A DNA stretch of 64,000 nucleotides from assembly GCF_044704955.1 (NCBI RefSeq), contig NC_091998.1, forward strand, positions 43,400,001-43,464,000, given 5' to 3'. This document shows, in pieces, positions 11,312 to 22,551 of this stretch. Both the position numbers and the translations under genes were made by a program. Below the pieces are notes generated by a model, which made no database searches, had not been told where the DNA came from, and saw nothing but the letters and a program-made list of their open reading frames with translations. Each line of letters starts with the position of its first letter. Within the stretch, counting starts at the first letter, position 1. Source of the DNA: Pristiophorus japonicus (taxonomy: Eukaryota).

Positions 11312-14300
11312 TTATAGGTTCAGTCTCTCAGATGGTCTACGCTCTCGTGTGGAGCGTCTGAGTTGTGGTTCAGTTGTTTGCCTTGGTGTCTGTTTTCCTT
11401 TGGGTGTGATTGCTGGTATCTCGCCTGGGCTGTCTGTTTCGATTGGTGTGATTGTTGTTGACTCGCCTGGGCTGTCTGTTGGGATTGCCCTTTCCTCAGG
11501 TTGTTCCCTCTGTCTGTCCACCAGGTGTGGTGCGAGTTCCACATTGTAGTCTGCCTCTGGTGCCGCAGTGTTGTTGGTAAATCTGCTTTTGACTTGGTCT
11601 ACATGCCTCCGGCAGGTTTTGCCATTGTCCATTTGTACTACCAGTAGCCTGTTTCCTTCCTTGCCCGTTATTGTCCCTGCAAGCCATTTGGGACCCCTGC
11701 CATAGTTTAGTACAAACACTTTGTCCCCTATCTCATTCCATCTCCCCCTCGAATTTCTGTCATGGTACTCAGTCAGCTTACGGCGCTTTGCCTCAACGAT
11801 TTCGTGCATGTCTGGGAGGATTAATGAGAGCCTTTTTTTAAAGTCCTTTTCATCAACAGTTGCGTGGGGGATCCCAGTCAGTGAGTACAGACAAGATCGG
11901 TATGCCAGCAGCAGTCGCGACAGGCGACCCTGCAGCGTGGGACCTTGGATTTTAAGCATGCCTTGTGTAATGATTTGCACTGCTCTCTCTGCCTGGCCGT
12001 TGGAGGCCGGCTTGAACGGTGCCGTCTTGACGTGATTTATGCCATGATCAATTATAAAGTCTTGGAATTCTGCGCTGGTGAAGCACGGACCATTGTCACT
12101 GACCAATATGTCAGGGATTCCGTGCGTTGCAAACATGGTTGCGAGGCTCTCCACAGTGGTGGAGGTTGTGCTCGAGTTTAAAATGGTGCATTCGATCCAC
12201 TTTGAAAATGCATTTACAACTACGAGGAACATTTTGCCCATGAATGGGCCCGCATAGTCTACGTGCACCCGCGACCACGGTTTGGTAGGCCAGGGGCTCA
12301 GTGGGGCCTCCCTGGGGGCATTGCTGAGTTGGGCACAAATGGTGCACCTTCGGACGCAGAGCTCCAAGTCCGCATCAATACCAGGCCACCAGACGTGGGT
12401 TCTGGCTATGGCCCTCATGAGAACGACCCCCAGGTGCTCGCGGACAAATGCCTCTCTGCCTCGCAGAGGCATGACTACTCGGCTGCTCCACATCAGGCAG
12501 TCTGCTTGTAGTGATAGCTCATGCATGCGCCTGTGAAAGAGTTTTAATTCCTCGGGGCGGGCATCGCGAGCCTCTGCCCAGTCACCGGTTAGGACACATC
12601 TTTTTACTAAGAATAACGTGAGGTCGCTGACTATCCAGGCTCTGATTTGGCGAGCCATCATGGACGAACCTGTGGACTCAAAGGCATTGATTGCCATGAC
12701 TATCTCACAGTCCTGTTCGTCAGATCCTTCCGTGGTCGCCAGGGGTAGCCTGCTGAGCGCGTCGGCACAGTTGTCTGTGCCTTATGGTATAATCGTAGGA
12801 CGCCAGCATGAGTGCCCACCGTTGAATTCGCGCTGAGGCGTTGGCGTTTATTGCCTTGCTCTCGGATAGGAGGGACGTGAGGGGCTTGTGGTCGGTTTCT
12901 AATGCGAACTTGGCCCCGAAAAGGTATTGGTGCATCTTTTTGACACCGTACACGCACGCGAGCGCCTCCTTCTCTACCATTCTGTACCCGCGCTCCGCCC
13001 GCGAAAGTGACCTGGAGGCATAAGCTATGGGTTGTAATTTGCCCGCAATATTGACATTTTGCAAAACGCACCCGACCCCATACGCTGACGCATCGCATGT
13101 GAGAACTAGCTTTTTACCTGGGTCAAAGAAAGTCAAAACACAGAAGGTTGCATGCCTTATTGAAGGCGCGTTCCTGGGCGTCCCCCCCAAAACCAATCAC
13201 ACCCCTTCCTGAGTAGCACGTGGAGAGGCTCCAGCAGCGTGCTTAAGTTCTGCATAAAGTTCCCAAAGTAATTGAGTAGCCCGAGAAAGGCGCGCAGTTC
13301 TGAGACATTCCGGGGCCTGGGTGCTCGGCGAATTGCTTCTGTTTTGGACTCTGTTGGGCGGATTCCATCAGCGGCAATCCTTCTGCCCAAAAATTCAACC
13401 TCGGGTGCGAGAAACAGGCACTTGGATTTCTTGACTTGTAGACCTACCCGATCCAACCGCTTTAGTACTTCCTCCAAATTACAGAGATGGGAGTCGGTGT
13501 CCCTGCCTGTGATAAGTATGTCGTCTTGAAATACAACCGTCCCCGGGATGGACTTGAGCAGACTCTCCATGTTGCGCTGGAATATGGCAGCTGCCGACCT
13601 GATGCCGAATGGGCATCGATTGTACATGAAAAGGCCTCGATGTGTGTTGATGGTGGTGAGTAGCTTGGATTCCTCGGTCAATTCTTGCGTCATATACGCA
13701 GATGTGAGGTCTAATTTTGAGAAAAGTTTACCTCCAGCCAATGTGGCAAATAAGTCCTCCGCTCTGGGCAGCGGGTACTGGTCCTGTAGGGAGACTCTGT
13801 TTATGGTAGATTTGTAGTCCCCACAGATGCGTACGGATCCATCAGGCTTCATGACTGGGACGATGGGACTTGCCCAGTCGCTAAATTCCACAGGTGATAT
13901 AATGCCTTCCCGCAGAAGCCTGTCTAGTTCGTGTTCAATCTTTTCCCTCATCACATAGGGTACAGCTCTGGCCTTGTGATGGACCAGTCTAGCATCATGT
14001 GTGATGTAGATTTTGACCTTGGCCCCTTTGAAAGTGCCCACACCTGGCTGAAAGAGATGTTCAAATCGCTTTATAATTGTTGAGCAGGAGGTCCGTTCCT
14101 CTAATGACATGGCATGGACATCATCCCATTTCCAGTTTAGTTTTGCCAGCCAGCTTCTCCCCAGCAGTGCTGGGGGATCTCCGGGGACAATCCACAGGGG
14201 AAGTCAGATCACTGTCCCTTTGTGTGTGACAGAGAGCATGGCGCTGCCGAGGACTGGTACGATTTCTTTGGTATAGGTCCTTAGTTTTGTGTCGACCCTT

Positions 14301-15360
14301 GAGAGTTTTGGTCTTCTCTTTTATGCGGCCACAGTGTTCAAATTGTTGAGCGCCCATGAGAGATTGACTCGCTCCCGTATCCAGTTCCATATTGACAGAT
14401 CCCGTTGAGTAGGACCCTCATCATTATAGGAGGCGTCCTGTTGTAGGAGCAGCGGCCATTGATCGTGTTGACCCGCTGTACATCGGTGTCCCGGGTACTG
14501 TCCCCACCATCGTCTGGTCCGCTTTCCGACCCATCCGATTCGTATACCAGCCGAGCTGCCGTTTCTTTGCACATGCAGGCCAAATGCCCTGTATATTCAC
14601 AATTTCTACAAATAGCCTGCTGAAATCGACATCCCCTTGACGAGTGCTCCTCCCCACACCTCCAGCACAGACCTGTTCCATTGTTCAAAGTGTTCCCAAA
14701 GAATGAGCTGCGTCTGGCTGATCTCTCTTGAGCTTCTCTCAGTTTGTAGTTGATTGCTCGCATTGTGGGTTGATGAGGTGTGAACGGACGTTCCTGTGGC
14801 CCTTGATGGCTTCTGCCTGCTGTCGAGAGCTGTTCTCCCGGTTTTGTCTGTGGGGGTAGCAGCTTGTTTCGTACTGTGAACTTCTTGTTCCGATATTTCG
14901 TTAGTTGTCGTATCTGCATTGTAAATCAACCTCGTTTCTTCTTCCCCTACCAAGAGTGTCTGTGCAACCAGTGCTGCTGCCTCTAAGGTCAGGTTCTTGG
15001 TTTCTATGAGTTTTCGGAATATGCCTGCGTGGCCGATTCCTTCAATGAAAAAGTCTCTCACGAAGTCGGGTATGTTCTGGCCCACACAGCGTCTGTAGTT
15101 GTAGAACCTGTGTCTGGCCATGTGTAGGCTGCTCGCTGGCTTCAGGTGGTCTCTTACCAGTGTGCTCAATTCTTCAAACGCCTTGCTTGCTGGTTTCTCG
15201 GGTGCCAACAGATCCTTCATTAAAGCGTATGTTTTCGAACCACAGCTGGTCAAGAGATGGGCTCGTCTCTTATCTGCCTTATCGTCGCCTAACCAGTCTT
15301 TGGTTACAAAGCTTTGCTGGAGCCTTTCTATAAAGTCCTCCCAATTGTCTCCCGCATTGT
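11312..15360 (-). pseudogene. Frameshifted gag-pol of the Gypsy element
   Basis: Gag with two zinc knuckles (CWRCGEEHSSRGC, CRNCEYTGHLACMC). Protease LDTGAS. RT motifs WASPIVPVMKPDGSVRICGDYK, PFG and FQDD. Gypsy-type RNase H (CDAS...EKEALA...TDHKPL). Integrase RVHVDYAGP, SDNGP and NGQAERAV. Several frameshifts. Confidence 0.9.
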
Positions 15361-15367
15361 ACTTTTC

Positions 15368-15385
15368 ATCCCATCCTCGTCGCCA
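15368..15385 (-). promoter_or_regulatory. Primer-binding site complementary to tRNA-Ser(GCT)
   Basis: TGGCGACGAGGATGGGAT lies 1 nt from the 5' LTR and matches the 18-nt 3' end ATCCCATCCTCGTCGCCA of vertebrate tRNA-Ser-GCT as recalled. Confidence 0.8.
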
Positions 15386-16364
15386 CTGTAAAGTCCTGTC
15401 CCCTCAGTACAGATTCACACGAGGCATGTAGTGAAAGTCAAGGTCACTCTGGACCTGCACCTTTATTTCACAGCTCTGGAATGCTGCACTTGCCTGAGAC
15501 CTGTCCTTATATACCTGTCTCTTGCAAGTGCACCCCTGGTGGTAAGGTATGCTGGTGATCACAGGTCATATCTTATTACAGTCATTTACAGCATGTTAAG
15601 ATACAGTTAGATATAATAATGTAAGATACATGACAGTTATACAAAGTATTGGTGAGGCCACACCTGGAATACTGCATGCAGTTTTGGTTTCCGTATTTAT
15701 GAAAGGATATACTTGCTTTGGAGGCAGTGTAAGAATAAAAGTGTTATTAATCGATTCTGTGTATGTATAAATGTTAAAGGTGTAGATTAATGGAAAGGCC
15801 TGTTTGTGTTGAGATAAAATGGAAGCCCACAGATTGCCAGCATCAGCTAAGTTTTGTAAGAAACAAAGCCCCCAGAGCTGCCACATGGGTTTTGTGTATT
15901 GGAAAGCCATTTAAACTAATCAGAGATGGCCGAGCCAGACCAGGCAACCACATGTGTGAGGAGAGCCAATGGGGAACTACCTGGAGCCAGGGTCCAATCG
16001 TGGGGCTTTCAGAGGGGCAATGTCTTTGAGAGATTTAAAAGAACTCAGCCAAAGACTTTTCTCTCTCTCTCAGACACACGGCATAAGACATCCTCGAAGA
16101 CCAGCTAAAACATCAAGCAGTGTCCCCAAACCAGCCCGCAAAAGGGACGTAACACATATCACTCGTTATTATAACCTCATTTTAGCTCTGTTATAACATA
16201 ATTGACAGCTGTTGGTAATGTGTATGTGCGTGTCTTTTTTAGATAACTGATTACTGCTGCTAATGTGCATGTGTGTATGTTTTTAATAAACTCTTCTAAT
16301 TGTTTGGAAAGAATCGTCTCACTGTCAAATGTAAGCCCAGAGAGATTCAGAAATCTTAAAAAAT

Positions 16365-16382
16365 TGGTGGAGAATGCTGGCA
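16365..16382 (+). promoter_or_regulatory. Primer-binding site complementary to tRNA-Ala(AGC)
   Basis: TGGTGGAGAATGCTGGCA lies 4 nt after the 5' LTR. It is a 17/18 match to the complement of the tRNA-Ala-AGC 3' end (TGCCCGCATTCTCCACCA) as recalled. Confidence 0.75.
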
Positions 16383-16474
16383 ACTGGCGAGACAGCTTTT
16401 TGATAATTCTTTTGAACAATTGGAAATCTTGAGAGTTGCGATTCTAACCTGTGATGCGATTATAATTGAAACAA

Positions 16475-17905
16475 TTAAAAAAGGAGGGAGAGAGAACACA
16501 GGGAATTATAGACCGGTCAGCCTGACATCGGTAGTGGGTAAAATGATGGAATCAATTATTAAGGATGTCATAGCAGTGCATTTGGAAAGAGGTGACATGA
16601 TAGGTCCAAGTCAGCATGGATTTGTGAAAGGGAAATCATGCTTGACAAATCTTCTGGAATTTTTTGAGGATGTTTCCAGTAGAGTGGACAAGGGAGAACC
16701 AGTTGATGTGGTATATTTGGACTTTCAGAAGGCGTTCGACAAGGTCCCACACAAGAGATTGATGTGCAAAGTTAGAGCACATGGGATTGGGGGTAGTGTG
16801 CTGACATGGATTGAGAACTGGTTGTCAGACAGGAAGCAAAGAGTAGGAGTAAATGGGTACTTTTCAGAATGGCAAGCAGTGACTAGTGGGGTACCGCAAG
16901 GTTCTGTGCTGGGGCCCCAGCTGTTTACATTGTACATTAATGATTTAGATGAGGGGATTAAATGTAGTATCTCCAAATTTGCGGATGAGACTAAGTTGGG
17001 TGGCAGTGTGAGCTGCGAGGAGGATGCTGTGAGGCTGGAGAGCGACTTGGATAGGTTAGGTGAGTGGGCAAATGCATGGCAGATGAAGTATAATGTGGAT
17101 AAATGTGAGGTTATCCACTTTGGTGGTAAAAACAGAGAGACAGACTATTATCTGAATGGTGAGATTAGGAAAAGGGGAGGTGCAAAGAGACCTGGGTGTC
17201 ATGGTACATCAGTCATTGAAGGTTGGCATGCAGGTACAGCAGGCGGTTAAGAAAGCAAATGGCATGTTGGCCTTCATAGCGAGGGGATTTGAGTACAGGG
17301 GCAGGGAGGTGTTGCTACAGTTGTACAGGGCATTGGTGAGGCCACACCTGGAGTATTGTGTACAGTTTTGGTCTCCTAACCTGAGGAAGGACATTCTTGC
17401 TATTGAGGGAGTGCAGCGAAGGTTCACCAGACTGATTCCCGGGATGGCGGGACTGACCTATCAAGAAAGACTGGATCAACTGGGCTTGTATTCACTGGAG
17501 TTCAGAAGAATGAGAGGGGACCTCATAGAAACATTTAAAATTCTGACGGGGTTAGACAGGTTAGATGCAGGAAGAATGTTCCCAATGTTGGGGAAGTCCA
17601 GAACCAGAGGTCACAGTCTAAGGATAAGGGGTAAGCCATTTAGGACCGAGATGCGGAGGAACTTCTTCACCCAGAGAGTGGTGAACCTGTGGAATTCTCT
17701 ACCACAGCAAGTTGTTGAGGCCAATTCACTAAATATATTCAAAAAGGAGTTAGATGAGGTCCTTGCTACTAGGGGGATCAAGGGGTATGGCGAGAAAGCA
17801 GGAATGGGGTACTGAAGTTGAATGTTCAGCCATGAACTCATTGAATGGCGGTGCAGGCTAGAAGGGCCGAATGGCCTACTCCTGCACCTATTTTCTATGT
17901 TTCTA
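16475..17905 (+). mobile_element. Young 5'-truncated CR1 LINE inserted in the leader of the retrovirus-like element
   Basis: RT domain ([32 protein letters not shown]) with one frameshift near 17160 and a ttctatgtttcta tail. Nearly identical to the copies at 43104-44790 and 49397-51085. Confidence 0.95.
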
Positions 17906-18017
17906 GATCGGGAGTTGCGTCTTAGGGGAGCAGTCGTCTCGATCGTTGTAACTGTTTAGGGTGGGTTGGAACTGTTTAAGGGGGGACCCACCAAGAGTTA
18001 TATTCAAAGGACACAGG

Positions 18018-19807
18018 ATGAAGGGATCGGTCATGGATAGAAAGCCAACAATAAAAAGTAATGTTGAGCTAGTTTATCAGGAGAGCTTGTCCAAAAAGCT
18101 CCCGATACAAAATGCAGAAGAGTTAAGGGCACAGGCACGGCACGAGGGTAGACCTGCCTCATTTGGGGAGACGGTGAGAATTATCCAGGAGAGGGTAGAT
18201 AGGGGAGAGCGGAGATCAAAATGGGCAGTCTCGTGGCGTTTAGCGCTTTTTATTGTGCCAGGAGAGATGAGGAATTAATGAGGCAAGACGTCAAAGTGAT
18301 ACAAGATTTGAAAGAATTGCAAGTAAAAGAGATTCAGTTAAAAGAGAGATTGAAGGTATAAACAGCAAAAGGAAGGCCTCCAACTTGTGAAGCAGTTAAA
18401 AGAGGGAGAAATACAGCATTTAAGACAAGAAATTAGCCACTTAAACCACAGTATTAAGCAATTAGAAAGAAGCAGCTTCACTGCTACAGCAACAAAGCCT
18501 TTCAAACTTAAATGCCACCGCAGCCGTTGTTGAAGCAAATGAAAACAAATTAGAGTTAAAAAAAATATAAATTGGAAAACTTGAGGCTCCAGCAAGAGAT
18601 AGACGATGCTAGAGCTGCATTAAGAGAAGTCATTAAGGAGCCACATAGGGAAGCAGATCACTCTCAGCGCCAACTAGAAATAGCAAGGCTAAAAATAAGT
18701 TAGGGGAGCAGTAGGCCGTGGTATCCGCAGTAACATGGGGAGCCATAACAGAGACAGCAGAAGGGGAAAAGGGGGAAAGAGATTGGGAAGAGGAAGGAAG
18801 TCAGTCTAATTCCCAGGAGAGTGGTGTAGAATGGGATAACTTGGAGACACAAAAGCCAATCGTAGCCGTAGTAACCACTTCTTCGCGACGTAATACGCAT
18901 GGCAACATCACCAGTAACCATACCGACTCATGGCCCATATCTGGTGCTGACGCCACGACGAGTAGCCACGAGTTTTGGCCCATTAATGATGGGGGCGACC
19001 CACTGGAAGTTAATAGGAGGTGGGCAAATTTCAGGAGGGGTCACCCCGAGTTGGAAGAAAGAGCCTCAACACGAATCCTCCTCTTGGCCTGTTCCACTTC
19101 CCTAAAAAGATAATCTGCCAAAAGCAGTCCTCCAGGTGCCACAGCGGCCGATGTACTCATGACTGAGATCCTAAACCATTTAGGGATCCGAAACTTCAAC
19201 TTAGTGGCTCTGCTTAATCAGACCAAGCAGCGCCCGGGAGAGACCCCTAGATCCTTCAGTAATCGCCTGTACGATATCTATCAACATACGCAGAACCAGG
19301 AACCCGCAAATGCTACAGTAGGAAAGGATCAGGAACAATTTAAATCGATGTTCCTGACCCAACTTTCCCCTTTAGTTAAAACCACCCTGGGAATAGATAT
19401 GAGGCCCACCAATCAGTGGACAGATATAGAGACCAATGCTCAAATAGCCTGGGAGGTGGTAAAAGAACAGTTAAAGGGGAAGTCACCACCCACTGCAAAT
19501 AAACCAGTGTCAATGGTGGAGGGATCTCAACTATCCCTTTAAGGGACGGTGCTTCAATTGTAAGAAGGTAGGCCACCTAGCAAAAGACTGCAGCAGACCC
19601 AGACCAGCACCGAACCATGATGCAACGCATAGATACCTCCCCGAGGGACGAATCCAAGCCCTCTGGGACAGATCAAAGATTGGATAAATTGATAACCCTT
19701 ATACAAACCCAAATTGCCACGGGGAGGATGCAAAATCATTTACCGGTACACACAATCGCCGATGCACACTCTCATTAGAGGGACCCATTCCAGGATCGAC
19801 CGTATGA
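18018..19807 (+). pseudogene. Decayed gag-like ORF of the retrovirus-like element
   Basis: ATG at 18018. Broken frames give a coiled-coil-like region (QLKEGEIQHLRQEISHLNHSIKQLE) and a capsid MHR-like motif QTKQRPGETPRSFSNRLYDIY. Ends at TGA 19805-19807. Confidence 0.6.
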
Positions 19808-22551
19808 CAGGGTTCGGCCCCCAAAGATTGGTCAGAAGTGGGGTTCCGACGTGATGGTAGTGGGAAACCAGTAGTCCGTGTTGTCTTAAAAGGGGGCAGA
19901 CAGCAGCTTGTGTTTATCGATACTGGCTCAGCCGTTACCATCATCCACACCCCAGACCCTGAATGCCATGCAGTGGCGGGCAAGGGTTATATGACCCTTA
20001 AAGGGTTTAACGGTGATACAACCACTGCGTATACAGGGAAGGCCACTGAACTTCAGTTGGGAGGCCTCACCTGAAAAGTCCCAGCACCTATGCTGATGAC
20101 CACCCCCGACAGAAGGGGAATTTTAGGGACTGATGTGTTGGATCAGTATGGCGCGGTGATAGATTATAAATCAGGACAGTGTTTGGATGGGATTGGGAGA
20201 TAAGGCAGGAGTGATAGAAATTTCAGATGCTCACTCGGTTTTTGCTATTAAAAAGCCATTCGAGTATGACCCTCCGGGGAGCGAAAATGAATCTGTGGCG
20301 AAATAAATTCAGGAACACCCCGCGGTGTTTGCCACATGCAAGCATGACTGTGGAAAAATAGTAGGCGAGGAATCTATTGAGGGACAACCCCCCCCCCCCA
20401 CTCATTCACTAAACAGTACCCCATCCCAAGCGAGAGTCACCCTTACAGAAAATCCCTAGTCGAGCAGGGTGTTCTTAGGAGAGGCACTTTCACGACCAAT
20501 TCACCCGCATGGCCGGTTAAAAAGCCCGATAGCAGCTGGCGACTGACTATTGATTACAGAAGGTTAAATTCTGCAACACCAGCCTGCTCATCAGTAGTAA
20601 GAGAAACTCCTACCATATTATCTCAAATTCCTGCTGGTTCCAAGTACTTCTCGACCCTCGACATTGCCAATGGATTCTGAAGTATCCCTGTTAAAGGGGA
20701 AGACCAGTACAAATTTGCATTCACATTTGATGACCAGAGCTACACCTGGACATGCTTGCCTCAGGGCTTCCACAATGCCCCCACGATATTCCACAAAAGA
20801 ATGGCCGCAATTTTACATCGATGGGTCCTCATATCACACTGAAGGATCCCCTCACACCGGACATGCTGTGGTATTGCCAGAAAGAACCATCCAGCGAAGA
20901 TGCGAAAGACAGTCTTCACAATATGCAGAAATCATCGCACTTCTAACTGCTGTAAAGGAAACCCCGTGAATATTTGGTCCGACAGAACCTATGCTATAAA
21001 CACCATGCTCTCCCTGCCCCTATACCACAAAAATGGCTATTGTACGATAGCCGGCAAGGCCCTGGTCCATGGGCCCTGGTTACGCCTGCTCTGGTCATAC
21101 TTTAAACAGCGATCCCAGCCCTGCTTCATAGGAAAGGTCAGGAGCAGCCCATAGAAAAGGGGGTCCACATAGTGAGGGAAATTCCAGAGCAGACAGAGCA
21201 GCCAAGGATGCTGTGATTGATGGGGAGATAGAGGATATAGTTGTTGAGCCCGGAAATGCTGTTAGCAAAGCCTCCCCAACAAATCACCTAGATTTAAAAT
21301 CCCTGCAGCAGCAATACTGGTCATATGCTGTTGCAAGCATCTGGCACGAAGAAGGCAGACCCCTTCCTCAACCAACAGCCTGGGCTCCCAACACCAGACT
21401 AGCCACTGCCCCTGACTCAGATGAGCAGTTTGCTGATGTTCAAAAGAAAGCCAAACGCCTGCTCGGTGGTGAGTGTTCCACCAGAGGTGGGTCAGGAACT
21501 GTTTTCCCTCTTTCACTCCCACCCCACAGCAGGGCACTATTCGGCCCTGGTAACCTTCTACAAGGTAGCATCCACAGGGTGGTGGCCTTCCATGAGGGAA
21601 ACAATTGACCAATACGTGGCACGATGCCGACCGTGCCTGCAACACAATCCTCCCGCATGCACTAACCGAGCCTTGCTTCAAAGCGATGTCCCACCTCAAG
21701 GGCCATGGACTCACCTCCAGACAGACTTCACTGGGCCACTTCCACAGGCGCAAGGCAATTTTCAGCATGCCCAAGTGGTGGTGGATCAATTCACTAAATG
21801 GATCGAAGCACTCCCCTGCCACTCCAACACTGCAATCACAGCAGCCAAAACACTATTGAATCATGTGTTTTGTAGGTGGGGAGTACCAGTACAAGTGGAC
21901 AGCGATCAAGGTTCACACTTTACTGGTAACATTTTTACTCACCTGCAGGAAATGTTGGGGATAAAACACAAATTACATATTGCTCATCCCCCCCAGTTGT
22001 CCAGAGGGGTCAAAAAGGGGAACAGGACCCTCAAGTTAATGTTAAAAAAAAAAATTGTGCACGGACCACCCCACTCAATGGGCTAACATGCTGCCAGTGT
22101 GCTTAGTGGCAATGAGGTCCATACCCCATAGAACAACAGGGGTCGCCCCATATCCGGCCATGACGGGGAGGCTCGAGAACACCAGGCCAGCTAACACTAA
22201 CAGGGATGAGTCCCCTGACAATGAAACCATGTAGTTCCAAGTGGCTGGAACAAGTGATAGATCACACCGATCAGATCAATCGATTTGTGGCCACCAAATT
22301 GGGGCAGTCAAAAAGAGAAATTAAGAAGTACTTTGACAAGAAAGTACGTCCCTGTGAATACAAGGTGGAGACTCGGTAATGATTCCAAATGATGGGAACA
22401 AGAAGCCGCCTCTGAGCCCGGGTGGTGGGGACCGAATACGATTATAGACCGATTGAACCCCGCGGTTTATTTGATTCAGTTACCGGGGAAGAAGGGTGTT
22501 AAATACAAGAAGTGGTTTCACATTAATCAGTTAAAAACTGCCAAAGAGTAA
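19808..22551 (+). pseudogene. Decayed pro-pol (PR, partial RT, RNase H, IN) of the retrovirus-like element
   Basis: PR FIDTGS. RT NSPAWPVKKPDSSWRLTIDYRRLN, YFSTLDIANGF*SIP and YTWTCLPQGFHNAPTIF. A deletion near 20812 removes YxDD and the thumb/tether. RNase H FYIDGSS...SSQYAEIIAL...GNSRADRAAK. IN HSHPTAGH...CRPC, LQTDFTGP and SDQGSHF. Confidence 0.85.

Larger units (their letters stand above)
11036..15635 (-). mobile_element. Ty3/Gypsy LTR retrotransposon, Mag-like, structurally complete but decayed
   Basis: 249-bp LTRs at 11036-11284 and 15387-15635 with TG...CA ends. 5-bp TSD GTTAT at 11031-11035 and 15636-15640. PPT gggggagggtga at 11285-11296. Domain order gag-PR-RT-RH-IN. Confidence 0.95.
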
